This document shows, piece after piece, positions 19,483 through 29,757 of a stretch of 64,000 bases of DNA. Position 1 is the stretch's first letter. Every line of letters starts with the position of its first letter. Both the position numbers and the translations under genes were made by a program. The notes beneath the pieces are model-generated. The model was not told the origin of the DNA, made no database searches, and worked only from the letters and a program-made list of their open reading frames with translations. The DNA comes from an uncultured Odoribacter sp. (GTDB lineage: Bacteria > Bacteroidota > Bacteroidia > Bacteroidales > Marinifilaceae), in assembly GCA_945900015.1 (NCBI GenBank), contig CAMDJC010000004.1, forward strand, positions 8,679-72,678, written 5' to 3'.

Positions 19483-20292
19483 TCAAGATTTAGGCTGCCA
19501 AACAAAATAATCTGAATTCATAACACTGACAAGAGGGAAACCATCACAATTCAAAAGCCTCTCGTATAAACCTCCTCCCCTCAAATCAGAATCAAAAATA
19601 CAAATATAATTCAACCTATGCGTAGGCTCCTCCGGTTTGGCATTCGTCACATAATAAGACCACACCCTCCCTGCAGTTCCTGTTCCTCTCCCCATTATTT
19701 TCAAACCACCATAACCGTCAGGACGCATTATAGAATTTTTCAAATCTATCCAATTCCCCAACCACCCCATTGCCGGTCTTTTCACCAAGTCAATACAAAT
19801 ATTCATATTTACCTTATTATTTCCAGGCAAAAGTACTTGAGGTGCCAAAGGCATAACAACAACATCTTTAGGTATCATTCTATAATAGAAACCATCCACT
19901 TCCAATATCCATTTCCCACTTGCCAATTGATTATTACACCGATTCCATAAATTCACAACATAATCATAAATATTCGGGGAAACATTCACATCCTGCGCAT
20001 TTTCAAAATCCCATTCAAGTCTATCGTTTTCAAAACTTAAATGTTTTGCCATCCTCACGTATGCTTGCTGATAAACCTCAGAGTTTTTCCAAATAACCCG
20101 AGGATCCATCAAATCCCCTTCAATTTCCAAATAAGCAGTATCCAATACAACACCATCCAATACAACTGCCTTTGTACACACTGATTTCACAGTCTCATTT
20201 TCAACATGACAACTGTAAAACACTAGCAACAAAGCCATGCCAAGTAGCATAAACTTAAAAAAAACAGCAATTCTTTTCATGGTATTCATCAT
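19483..20292 (-). CDS. Hypothetical lipoprotein
   Basis: 269-aa ORF with lipobox LLVFYSC; upstream TAnnTTTG promoter boxes. Confidence 0.7.
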   Translation of the reverse strand: MMNTMKRIAVFFKFMLLGMALLLVFYSCHVENETVKSVCTKAVVLDGVVLDTAYLEIEGDLMDPRVIWKNSEVYQQAYVRMAKHLSFENDRLEWDFENAQDVNVSPNIYDYVVNLWNRCNNQLASGKWILEVDGFYYRMIPKDVVVMPLAPQVLLPGNNKVNMNICIDLVKRPAMGWLGNWIDLKNSIMRPDGYGGLKIMGRGTGTAGRVWSYYVTNAKPEEPTHRLNYICIFDSDLRGGGLYERLLNCDGFPLVSVMNSDYFVWQPKS

Positions 20293-20416
20293 TAAATTAA
20301 CATATTAATGCAATTATACGAAATAAAAATAAAAAAAACAATACACATATCAGCATTTAACACTAGTAAAAGACACAACAACTAACCCCCTCCCACTTAA
20401 ATTTATATCAAAAATA

Positions 20417-20466
20417 TGTCATCTATATGACAAATATATATCAAAGATAACAAAACCATATCTTTG
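20417..20466. promoter_or_regulatory. Back-to-back sigmaA -7 boxes with TGTCA-N6-TGACA palindrome
   Basis: Minus TATCTTTG 20442-49 and TATATTTG 20431-38; plus TATCTTTG 20459-66; palindrome 20417-32. Confidence 0.55.
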
Positions 20467-20557
20467 ACTACTATTTGACATGAATTTAAAATATGTTTGA
20501 GAAGAGGGAAGGTAGGAGATAGAACGGAGATGTTCACAGACGGAACAAGCATAAATC

Positions 20558-20596
20558 AAAAAAGCCAACCGTCCGTTCAGGAATCAGTTGGCTTTT
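20558..20596. terminator. Bidirectional terminator
   Basis: AAAAGCCAAC...GTTGGCTTTT with T tails on both strands. Confidence 0.7.
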
Positions 20597-20624
20597 ATAT
20601 CCTTGACAAAATATATCTACAATA

Positions 20625-21059
20625 TCAGTTCTTTTTCAGAACATAATATTCTGCAAGTTCACCCTCATTAATGGTGCCTTTTTCATCAGACAACATCACA
20701 GAATTTTCCAGAATTTTGTAATAGGTCTTTTCTCCTGAAGAGGGAGTAATCAATTCCAACAAATCATTATTCAGGAGATTATAAACTCCGTTTGTTTCAA
20801 AAATACCGTCTTTTACTCCCAAATATTCGCTCTTGAGATAGTAGGTTGAATCGGCATTCACCGTAAGGGTCGTTTTGATACCTTCACAATCCGCACAAGG
20901 AAGCGTTCCTTCATATGTGCCATAGAAATCGTTGGCCTTGGTTGCCACTTCGGTTGCAGCCTCCGTTGTTTTGGCTTGAGTCGAATTTTTGGTTGCAGAA
21001 CCTTTGCAGCCTGCCAGTGCTACGACTAAAGCACCCATTAATAAAAATTTTGCGTTCAT
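20625..21059 (-). CDS. NlpE N-terminal domain lipoprotein (copper resistance family)
   Basis: Lipobox ALAGC; YGTYEGTLPCADCEGIKTTLT motif. Confidence 0.88.
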   Translation of the reverse strand: MNAKFLLMGALVVALAGCKGSATKNSTQAKTTEAATEVATKANDFYGTYEGTLPCADCEGIKTTLTVNADSTYYLKSEYLGVKDGIFETNGVYNLLNNDLLELITPSSGEKTYYKILENSVMLSDEKGTINEGELAEYYVLKKN

Positions 21060-21128
21060 AATGTAAATGTTGTGTTCGACAATAAAGCAAATATAATCAT
21101 TTTATACATTGGAACGTTTTAAAATAGA

Positions 21129-22589
21129 TTAATTCTTTTGCAATTGTTCGCGCTCTGTTTTTAATAAAGGCCAATTTATATCCGACTTATGCTCTGATTT
21201 TATAATCGCCATTAATTCAGCTACTTTATCCGGATAAAGTTTGGCAACATCATGAATCTCTGACGGATCGGCAGCCAGGTTGTACAATTCAGTCCGAACT
21301 TTATCTTCACTCTGCGATACACCCAAACGGACCAACTTCCAATCCCCCTGACGGACAGCCTGTCGCCCTCCTCCCTCATGAAATTCGAAATACAGATGCG
21401 GATGCTCTTTTTGCTTGCCCCTACCGATCAATAACGGCATCAGACTGACTCCATCGGTAGCTCCATTCTGTTTTATACGGGTTAAATCGGCAAAAGTGGG
21501 CAACATATCCCAAAATGAGCAAAGAAAATCGGTCTGCCCCTCTGCGACCACGCCCGGCCAAGAGACGATGAACGGCACTCGGATGCCGCCTTCGTACAAA
21601 TCACGCTTATACCCCCGGTAAATACCGTTGCTATTGAAAAAATCAGGATCGGCACCACCTTCCTGATGCGGACCGTTATCACTACAAAAAACAATCAAAG
21701 TATTATCGTACAAACCCAGTGATTTGAGCCGCTCGACCACTTGTCCGACATAGACATCCAGACGATAAACCATCGCTGCAAAGGTTGCATGGGGGTCTTT
21801 CTGCGAACAATATCCCCCCTTGCGGAAATAGGGACCTGAATCACATCCCTGAAAAGGCTCTTCCGGATATTTCCCCCGGAATTTTTGGATGATACTGTCT
21901 TCGGGAACGATTAGTTCAGCATGCGGCAATACATAAGGCAAAAAAAGGAAAAAAGGACGGTCCCGGTTTTCATCCAAAAACTGCAAGCTCTGTTCGTGAA
22001 TCAAATCCTGAGTGTAGCTACCATAAGCTCCATCCGCATTCTCCGGCAATTCCACCCGTTGCCCATTGTCCCAGAGATGGTCGGCGTAGTAGTTGTGCGC
22101 CAGCAACTGGCAATTGTATCCATAAAAATCATCTACCCCCTGACGGTTAGGGTCACCTTCTGTACCTGGAGCTCCCAATCCCCATTTACCAAAACAACCG
22201 GTGGAATATCCTGCCGCTTTGAAAATGCTGAAAAGCGTAGTTGTCCCGGCAGGCAGGGACATCTGCCCTTCAGGCAATACCTCTTTGTTGCCTCGAATCG
22301 GCGCATGTCCGGAATGTAACCCTGTCATCAAACAGGCTCTCGACGGCGCACTGACAGTGGTGCCGGAATAGCATTGCGTAAAACGCAGACCTTCTCTCGC
22401 CAAACGGTCAATATTGGGCGTCCGGAATTTTTCCTGACCATAGCAACTCAAATCTCCGTAACCCAAATCATCGGCTATGATAAAAACAACATTAGGCTTT
22501 TTCTTTACCTTGGCAGGTTTTGTCGCCTCAGCTTGAACGCTACCCATTACGACAGCAATACTTGAAAACAATATAGTTTGTCTCATCAT
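21129..22589 (-). CDS. Ser-type arylsulfatase (S1 family)
   Basis: PNVVFIIADDLGYGD, SAPSRACLMTG signature with Ser, SDNGP, KRDLYEGGIRVP. Confidence 0.93.
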   Translation of the reverse strand: MMRQTILFSSIAVVMGSVQAEATKPAKVKKKPNVVFIIADDLGYGDLSCYGQEKFRTPNIDRLAREGLRFTQCYSGTTVSAPSRACLMTGLHSGHAPIRGNKEVLPEGQMSLPAGTTTLFSIFKAAGYSTGCFGKWGLGAPGTEGDPNRQGVDDFYGYNCQLLAHNYYADHLWDNGQRVELPENADGAYGSYTQDLIHEQSLQFLDENRDRPFFLFLPYVLPHAELIVPEDSIIQKFRGKYPEEPFQGCDSGPYFRKGGYCSQKDPHATFAAMVYRLDVYVGQVVERLKSLGLYDNTLIVFCSDNGPHQEGGADPDFFNSNGIYRGYKRDLYEGGIRVPFIVSWPGVVAEGQTDFLCSFWDMLPTFADLTRIKQNGATDGVSLMPLLIGRGKQKEHPHLYFEFHEGGGRQAVRQGDWKLVRLGVSQSEDKVRTELYNLAADPSEIHDVAKLYPDKVAELMAIIKSEHKSDINWPLLKTEREQLQKN

Positions 22590-22601
22590 TCAATTATCAT
22601 T

Positions 22602-23930
22602 TTATCCTAATTTTACCTTCATCACATTCGCTGGAGGGCGATTATTTTTTAACTCATTGGCCATATATTCAAAATAGCGACGGGTATGTTCAAAAAACAT
22701 TTTAAAACCGCCACAAAGCGTAGATACTGAATCTCCTTCGGGAGTGATCTGTATTCTATTTTTAGGACAATCTCCTCCACAAGCAAAAAGGTAATCACAT
22801 CCCCTACAACGAGAGGATAAGGAATCTTGTTTATACTGCTCAAAATATAGCTGGCGATCACTCTTGACCATTTCTGTCAAACTCTCGTCAGTCAAATTAC
22901 CTAACCGATAATCGGGAAATACAAAATGATCACAACTATAAACATCCCCATTGTGCTCGATAGCCAAAGAACAAGGACAATAAGTCCTCATCGAACAAAG
23001 TGCCGGCTGCTCGCCCATGTAAGCGGCCAAGGTATTGTCAAACCAATTGATATAGCAATAACCGACATCCGACTTTATCCAACGGTCAAAAATACGACAA
23101 AGGAAATTTCCCCATGCCTCTGCACTGACATTTTCCTGCATCAAAGCCGTCTCTTTTGCATAGCGATTGTCAACAATAGACAATACGGCATTTTCATCCA
23201 ACGATATGCGTTCTACAATCGGCGTAAACTGCATAAAACGGCTACCCAACTCTTTCAAGAAATCATACACGGCAACCGGTTCTTTACTATTCGAAGCATT
23301 TACCACCGACATGGTATTGAATTCCACTCCATGTTTCCGAAAAAGACGGGCACAGGCTACCACCTCAGCCCAAGATCCTTTACCATTGGGATGACAACGA
23401 TGACGGTTATGCAAATGCTCCGGACCGTCAATCGAAAGTCCGCACAAAAAATGGTTGGCTGCCAAGAATGCTGCCCATTCATCATTGATAAGCGTGCCAT
23501 TCGTCTGCAAGGAGTTGGATATCACCTTTCCGTCCCCATACTTTTTCTGCAAAGAAAGTATTTTCCGGAAATAGTCCAATCCCAACAAAGTCGGTTCCCC
23601 GCCATGCCAGATAAACTCAATGTGTTCCTGTGGCTGTGACAATATATAATCACGGATTACCTTCTCTAGCATCTCCTCCCGCATTCCAAAGGCTGCCACC
23701 GTAAAGGGTGTACCTGAATAAAGAGCATCTTTTTCCAGATAATAACAATAATCGCAATCCAGATTACATACAGGACCGACCACTTTTATCATTGCCGAAA
23801 AACTGCGTTGCAACTTTATCCGTTCCCGTTCAAAAAGGAAAGAGGCAGTTTCCTCTGTTTTCCGTTCGTTTTTTTTACAAGCTATCATGTGATTTGGCTG
23901 TTCATGGAATTCAACAGCCAAATGTAACAC
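22602..23930 (-). CDS. Anaerobic sulfatase maturase anSME (radical SAM/SPASM, AslB/ChuR family)
   Basis: CNLDCDYC, WHGGEPTL, SIDGP, YSCDHFV, CRGC..ACGGDCPK; start GTG 23930 or ATG 23888. Confidence 0.93.
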   Translation of the reverse strand: MLHLAVEFHEQPNHMIACKKNERKTEETASFLFERERIKLQRSFSAMIKVVGPVCNLDCDYCYYLEKDALYSGTPFTVAAFGMREEMLEKVIRDYILSQPQEHIEFIWHGGEPTLLGLDYFRKILSLQKKYGDGKVISNSLQTNGTLINDEWAAFLAANHFLCGLSIDGPEHLHNRHRCHPNGKGSWAEVVACARLFRKHGVEFNTMSVVNASNSKEPVAVYDFLKELGSRFMQFTPIVERISLDENAVLSIVDNRYAKETALMQENVSAEAWGNFLCRIFDRWIKSDVGYCYINWFDNTLAAYMGEQPALCSMRTYCPCSLAIEHNGDVYSCDHFVFPDYRLGNLTDESLTEMVKSDRQLYFEQYKQDSLSSRCRGCDYLFACGGDCPKNRIQITPEGDSVSTLCGGFKMFFEHTRRYFEYMANELKNNRPPANVMKVKLG

Positions 23931-23944
23931 TTTTAGTCTGGAAG

Positions 23945-24268
23945 TTATTCCGGGACATAGATTATTTCTCCGTTTTCCAGCTCGTAGGCAATCCCCACTT
24001 TCTTTCCGCGTGTACCGGATTGCTGCTGATTTTCAGAGGGTGTATATCGATTGATCTTTTCTCCCTCTTTAGTAATGATTTCCATATTTTCTTTCCCGGG
24101 ATTCTTTACCATTGTAAAATCCTCTTTGGAAAGCATCTCTGTCATATTATATCTTGTAACCAGCGCCACCATCAATGCGACAGCAAAGACCATTGCCACA
24201 TCAAACAGATTTGAAACCACACTGATTGGATCGCTGTCTTCCTCTTTTTTCAATAAATTACGTTTCAT
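23945..24268 (-). CDS. hmuV: DUF2149 protein
   Basis: DPISVVSNLFDVAMVF, GIAYELENGEIIYVPE; last gene of hmu synteny. Confidence 0.85.
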   Translation of the reverse strand: MKRNLLKKEEDSDPISVVSNLFDVAMVFAVALMVALVTRYNMTEMLSKEDFTMVKNPGKENMEIITKEGEKINRYTPSENQQQSGTRGKKVGIAYELENGEIIYVPE

Positions 24269-24867
24269 GCCCGGTTACGTTCTTCGTTTATCAATTCAGC
24301 TAAAAATTCCAAGTTTGTCATATCCTGAAGATACCAACGCTGCTTCACTTGCTGAGTCAAAAAACCTATTGCCCCGGCAAACAAGCCAATAACCGTTGTG
24401 GCAAAAGCGACCTGCATATTATAGGCCATGGAAGCGATATCTCCTGTCGACAATCCCACCAAAGCCGGCCCCATAGGTATCAGAGTTCCCATCAACCCCA
24501 GAATCGGGCCCAATTTGGTAAGTGTTTTAGAGGTCGCCAAATCTTTATCGGCTGCTATCTCAAAATTTGCCAAAAGACGTTGCACTTGAGCGTGACTCTC
24601 CCGTGCTTCCATGATACGTCGCATATAAGTCACAACCAAGGATTTATTGTTAGCAGGCAATTTCCCGTCAAATTCGTCCAGATTTGCAAGACGCAAAGCC
24701 TCTAACTGTTCTCGTAGCATCTTGTCGGTTTTGCGAATGGCAAGATACTGTCCGAAAAAGCTTCCCACCAATAAAAGCGAACGGAAAAACAACGCTATCA
24801 ATAACACGATAACAGGAACAAGCAGACCTGTTGATATCCAAAACATGATGTCAGAAATTCTATTCAT
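24265..24867 (-). CDS. hmuU: MotA/TolQ/ExbB proton channel family
   Basis: LGPILGLMGTLIPM, AFATTVIGL motifs. Confidence 0.88.
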   Translation of the reverse strand: MNRISDIMFWISTGLLVPVIVLLIALFFRSLLLVGSFFGQYLAIRKTDKMLREQLEALRLANLDEFDGKLPANNKSLVVTYMRRIMEARESHAQVQRLLANFEIAADKDLATSKTLTKLGPILGLMGTLIPMGPALVGLSTGDIASMAYNMQVAFATTVIGLFAGAIGFLTQQVKQRWYLQDMTNLEFLAELINEERNRA

Positions 24868-24920
24868 CTTCTTATTATTTAATTAATTATTGAATCAAAA
24901 ATTACATGTAAACATTCTTT

Positions 24921-25598
24921 TTATCTCTTCCGCAACTGTTGCCGGAGCAGCCCCAGTATACCTCCGACAATAAATATCCCGATACATCCGGCAAGCGCCA
25001 ACCAATCAACTGTTGCCACTCCTTTCACGGCAGTCTGGCCGTTTACTGTTGCCACAATACCTAAAATGGCAACAAGAGCATTGGTAAGAAATAGCAATTC
25101 CAAACGCAAATCTGTTTCCGGCAAAAGCCGACGCAATCCCCAACGCCCTAACGGAATCAACAGCAATACGGCAATTGCAAAGCCCCAAGCTACTGTTTGA
25201 AAAGCAACTCCCGGCAATGTAAAAATCAACTGGGTCAGTCCGAAAAACAATACGGGGAAAACCAATACTCCCGGAAACCAATAAAGCAGACGATACGCAA
25301 ACCGCATTCTTTTTCTTACCGGAAACATATTTGTCACATGAACAGATAACAGACAAAATGCCATTTGCAAAGACACCTCTACCGTCAACACAACCGATAT
25401 ATCCAACATCAATGCCTGATTGGCCAACCAATCGGCAATCTGTGTTTTCGACTGTTCAATAGCGTATCCCCAAGTCAATACAATAAACAATGCCAAAAGG
25501 ATGGAGGCAACCGAAGTTGCCTTCCATCTCCAGAAAGTCTGCTTCAATAAAAAATTGAAAGCAGTAATAAATATCAGAATCCAAACAATTGTATCCAT
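24921..25598 (-). CDS. hmuT: Multi-pass membrane protein
   Basis: Highly hydrophobic; lies between the CobN-like and ExbB-like genes. Confidence 0.75.
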   Translation of the reverse strand: MDTIVWILIFITAFNFLLKQTFWRWKATSVASILLALFIVLTWGYAIEQSKTQIADWLANQALMLDISVVLTVEVSLQMAFCLLSVHVTNMFPVRKRMRFAYRLLYWFPGVLVFPVLFFGLTQLIFTLPGVAFQTVAWGFAIAVLLLIPLGRWGLRRLLPETDLRLELLFLTNALVAILGIVATVNGQTAVKGVATVDWLALAGCIGIFIVGGILGLLRQQLRKR

Positions 25599-25600
25599 AG

Positions 25601-28600
25601 TTAAGCATTGTTTTTACGTCTTCTCCGCATCAAGACCGCCAAACCGACCAACACCAGTACCACAGCAATTGCAATCCACAGACTATCCACCTGCTGAGTC
25701 TGCTGTTCAGCCACCTGATTCAACTCCTCTTTTTTCATCACCACACCTTTATTGTCATTTTGAGCCACTGATTCACGAATTTGCGAAATATTCTTTTGAT
25801 ACTCAGCAGCAGTCTGTGCATCCACTTTCGATGCTATGAAATCACGCAATTTTGCATTATCACAAACAAAACCCGAACAAGATGGCTTATACTTATTCAC
25901 CAGTTCTGTATGCAATTGGGTTAAATCTGCCACCTGCTGCTCACTTGCTTTCCACATGCCCTTACGCACCGTTTCAAGCATAACGGCAGTCATTTCTTCA
26001 AGAGCCGCAGGATTCTGATTTTCAAAAAATTCCTTCAGCCCTAAATTGAATTTGTCTTTCACATACACATTATAAATCTCATCCCACAACTCTTTATCTA
26101 CAGCCTTAGGCTTCATTACATTCCAACCATAAGTATTACGGACAATTTCAGAAAATGTATTGGCTGAAGAAGCTTCACCTTTCATTTTTTCCTTGATATA
26201 AGCGGGATTAAAAATAGTGGTTCGCGATTCTACCCCTATAGCCTCTTTCAATTCCTGCATACGGTTATTGTTTCGGTTGCGATAGTCGCTCAGGTAAGCA
26301 TCCGGATCTTTACCCGTGACATTGCGGACTGCCAGGTTCATTCCTCCCATAAATTCGTACACATGGTCCAGGCTCAATGCACCCCAGGTGTTACTCTGAC
26401 GAGGTTGTACAACAACATCCGTACGAGTCAATGCTGCTTCAAAAGCATACTGTCGGAATGTTTCCCAATTTTTTTCATTGCCGTAATAAGCACCCATATT
26501 ATTCAAGTAAGTATCGGCAATTTCCTCTTCACTTTCCCAACGGTCGCCAGCCTCTACCATCCCCGTAATACCTGTTCCATACATACCATTGGCACCACCA
26601 AATACACGGAAAGTTGCCATTTCACGAGCATCTTTGGGAGTGATTCCCTTTTCCATCAATGCACGCTCTGCTTCAACAACTCCTGCTGTCACCATATTAT
26701 CAAATTGGTCATCCTTAGATGCTGCAGCCATTTCTACAGCACGATTTACCAAAAACAGACGAGAGGCTGCAAGATCGCGCAATTGTCCTGAAGTCTGTAC
26801 AACAACATCTATACGCGGACGGCCCAATTCAGCAGAAGGAATCAAACGCAAATCACTAACACGCCCAAAAGCATCACGAATCGGCTCTACTCCCAACATA
26901 TAAAGCACCTGAGCAATCGTTGCTCCACCTGTTTCAATAAATTCTCCTGACCAAAGCGTGTAACTTACTTTTTTCGGATAAGCTCCGTCATGCCTTTTCC
27001 GGTACATATCAATTGTACTTTTCGCCAATTGAACACCTTTTTCCCATGCTGATTCCGTAGGTGTTTCCTCTGCATTGATAGAAAACATATTACGCCCGGT
27101 TGGTAATGTATTTGGATTGGCTATCGGATCTCCACCGGGAGAAGGAGCTGTATATCCGCCGCTCAAGGCATTCATCATGCTGGCCAACTCATTTTCAGGA
27201 CTTTGCTCCAACTGTCGTTTGTATAGACCTATATTTTTCACTGTCCGTTCTATCTCCATCACTGCCAAGGCCATATTTATCTCTTCTTTTGTATACTCTT
27301 TTTTCTGCTTACCCATCCGAGACATCATTTGGGACATGTCAGGAGCAGATTTTTTTTGCGCAGCCATCATCATGGCCATCATACCTTTAGGCGCATTACG
27401 CTCTTTTTCAATTTCACGAGCTTTAGCCAAATCTTTCATAGAAATTCCAGCCAAACGACATATCTCCTCATCACTAACCTCCCGCGGATTGGACAAACGA
27501 CGTCCGACCAACTTACGAGCAGGCTCGATATAGCGTTGAGTAAACACTGATTTGTGTTCAACAACCTTTGCATCAACCTGACCACGCATTTTATCCAATG
27601 CAAACAGACTATAGGCAATCGGTTCGGTTGCCATTGAATAAACAGAAGATACAATACGTTCTTTTTCGTAGGGAACTCCCATCGTATATAATTGACCTGT
27701 AATTTTTTCAGTAGCCAATTCTTCTGCAAAATTCTCAATACGCAAAACTTCATCTTCAGAATAAGGACGCGTCAATACACTATCCAATCCCAACTCCCGA
27801 TGGATACCCATCTTAACTGTCGAAGCTTTTACAGCCAAAGAGGCTTTGTCCAGCTCAGCCTGAGTTACCGGTTTCTCTGCCCCCAACTTAGCATTATATA
27901 TCTTCACTTTCTCCATCAAGTCCCGATAGATTCCACGGACACTGCTTTCCATAAAAGGAGGAGTCAAATAACTTTGCAATCCGGCATACGAACGACGTTT
28001 AGCAATCATACCTTCCCCTACATTACCAATAGAATAGATATAAAAATGAGGCACAGCACCCACCAAACGATCTGGCCAATCATTGCTACACAAAGCCACC
28101 TGTTTTTTAGGAGTAAACTCCAAACTGCCATGAGTACCGAAATGAATCAATGCATCTGCTTTAAATCCATATTGCATCCAAAGATAAGAAACGATGTAAG
28201 TATGAGGGGGAGCTGCATTGGTCCCGTGCACCACTTGAAATGAATTATCACCAGAACCTGCGGCATTTTGCGGCAAAAGCACAACATTGCCAAATTGCAA
28301 ACGAGCAACACCCAGTTTACCATCAGATGTTGACATATAACTACCTGGAAATTCACCATTCGCTGCTACCACTTCTGCATATTTTTCCGGACGCAAGGCC
28401 TGTTTTACCCATGATTCGTATTGTTCTTTTGTTATCAGTTCCGGATTACCATTTTTCATAAAAGCATCAAAAGCCCCCTCTGCATAGGATCCGAATACAG
28501 CACCTTGAGACATAATCATCTGTTCGAATGCCTCTACAGACGAAGGCAATCCCTCCACTTTATATCCTTCAGATTTCAAGCGCAGCAACAAATTATAAAG

Positions 28601-29737
28601 AGAAGGAGCCACTTCCATTCCTGCAGCAGTCATAGCATTCTGTCCGGGACCTTTGTAATAATAGACTGCTATCCGCTTTTCACTGTTCGGTTTAGTTTTC
28701 AACATCAGATAATTATTCACATTCTGCACAAAAACTTCCAAACGCTCTGGCACTGCAAAAGAATGACGCATTCCCTCCTCATCAGCATATTGTGCAAAGA
28801 GCGCATATGTACGAATCGCACCGTCAATTTCAGGAGTTACGACACTTTGTGAAAGGAAACCGCCAGACATCCCCATCGGATCAGCCTCCCATTCTTCGAC
28901 TAAAGAATTGATTGTAAGCGGAGAAAATAAAACAATATTACGTTCTTTCAAAAAATTAACAACAGCATCTCCTAAACGACCATGTGCCATATTGATTACA
29001 GCATCCGGTCCTATTTCTTTCATAAACGACAGCAAATTACTCATAGAGGAAATGGGATACACGTTATGTCCGGATTTTTCCAAAGCCGCAATCAGTCCCG
29101 TAGCATCTGCCATCTGACCGGTAACGACAATCTTACGGGCATTGTCTTTATATAAACCATGCTCCCGCAAAAAAGCTTCATAAGCAGTCACCGATGTAAA
29201 TTCAACCTCCTCATCCGGATTATCCAATCCGGCATGATAAAGGATGTCCCATGGACGTTCCACCGGTTCTTCCGGTTGTATGACAGAACCTACTTTTTTG
29301 TCAATTTCCTTGCGAATATAATTCAATAGATTCCGGTAGTTTTTACGTCCTCCACTCAAATAAGCCGCAACCTTTTCAATATGCTCCTCTCCCAAAGAAC
29401 AAATATTATTAGCGGGATTTGTCGCCATGGTCGTATAAACAGGTATTCCTTTGTCTGCAGCTTTCTGTATCAATGCCCGTTCATCCTCTACTATTCTCAA
29501 GCCCATACCGTTGACAAAAACCATATCATAATTTACCAACTCACCGAGACAATCTGTCGCCACATCATATACTTTTACTTTCGGATTGTCATTGGCCTTG
29601 GATATTGCTCCCATATTAATTGTCTGGAAATTTACGAATGCCACTTTCGTCGTTCCAAACCAAGTATTATAGCCCCATATACCCAACACCACAGCCAAAA
29701 CCACAATACCTGCAATTATTATTTTCTTCTTCATCAT
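25601..29737 (-). CDS. hmuS: CobN/Mg-chelatase H-like protein (HmuS)
   Basis: IHFGTHGSLEF, LPTGRN, DVVVQTSGQLRD, LSLDHVYEFMGG; N- and C-terminal TM anchors; hmu synteny. Confidence 0.9.
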   Translation of the reverse strand: MMKKKIIIAGIVVLAVVLGIWGYNTWFGTTKVAFVNFQTINMGAISKANDNPKVKVYDVATDCLGELVNYDMVFVNGMGLRIVEDERALIQKAADKGIPVYTTMATNPANNICSLGEEHIEKVAAYLSGGRKNYRNLLNYIRKEIDKKVGSVIQPEEPVERPWDILYHAGLDNPDEEVEFTSVTAYEAFLREHGLYKDNARKIVVTGQMADATGLIAALEKSGHNVYPISSMSNLLSFMKEIGPDAVINMAHGRLGDAVVNFLKERNIVLFSPLTINSLVEEWEADPMGMSGGFLSQSVVTPEIDGAIRTYALFAQYADEEGMRHSFAVPERLEVFVQNVNNYLMLKTKPNSEKRIAVYYYKGPGQNAMTAAGMEVAPSLYNLLLRLKSEGYKVEGLPSSVEAFEQMIMSQGAVFGSYAEGAFDAFMKNGNPELITKEQYESWVKQALRPEKYAEVVAANGEFPGSYMSTSDGKLGVARLQFGNVVLLPQNAAGSGDNSFQVVHGTNAAPPHTYIVSYLWMQYGFKADALIHFGTHGSLEFTPKKQVALCSNDWPDRLVGAVPHFYIYSIGNVGEGMIAKRRSYAGLQSYLTPPFMESSVRGIYRDLMEKVKIYNAKLGAEKPVTQAELDKASLAVKASTVKMGIHRELGLDSVLTRPYSEDEVLRIENFAEELATEKITGQLYTMGVPYEKERIVSSVYSMATEPIAYSLFALDKMRGQVDAKVVEHKSVFTQRYIEPARKLVGRRLSNPREVSDEEICRLAGISMKDLAKAREIEKERNAPKGMMAMMMAAQKKSAPDMSQMMSRMGKQKKEYTKEEINMALAVMEIERTVKNIGLYKRQLEQSPENELASMMNALSGGYTAPSPGGDPIANPNTLPTGRNMFSINAEETPTESAWEKGVQLAKSTIDMYRKRHDGAYPKKVSYTLWSGEFIETGGATIAQVLYMLGVEPIRDAFGRVSDLRLIPSAELGRPRIDVVVQTSGQLRDLAASRLFLVNRAVEMAAASKDDQFDNMVTAGVVEAERALMEKGITPKDAREMATFRVFGGANGMYGTGITGMVEAGDRWESEEEIADTYLNNMGAYYGNEKNWETFRQYAFEAALTRTDVVVQPRQSNTWGALSLDHVYEFMGGMNLAVRNVTGKDPDAYLSDYRNRNNNRMQELKEAIGVESRTTIFNPAYIKEKMKGEASSANTFSEIVRNTYGWNVMKPKAVDKELWDEIYNVYVKDKFNLGLKEFFENQNPAALEEMTAVMLETVRKGMWKASEQQVADLTQLHTELVNKYKPSCSGFVCDNAKLRDFIASKVDAQTAAEYQKNISQIRESVAQNDNKGVVMKKEELNQVAEQQTQQVDSLWIAIAVVLVLVGLAVLMRRRRKNNA

Positions 29738-29757
29738 AAATATTGATTTATTATTAC

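Noticed and set aside
22602-23930. Radical SAM gene as a ChuW/HutW-type anaerobic heme-degrading enzyme
   Set aside because: SPASM cysteine pattern, WHGGEPTL motif and the adjacent sulfatase fit anSME
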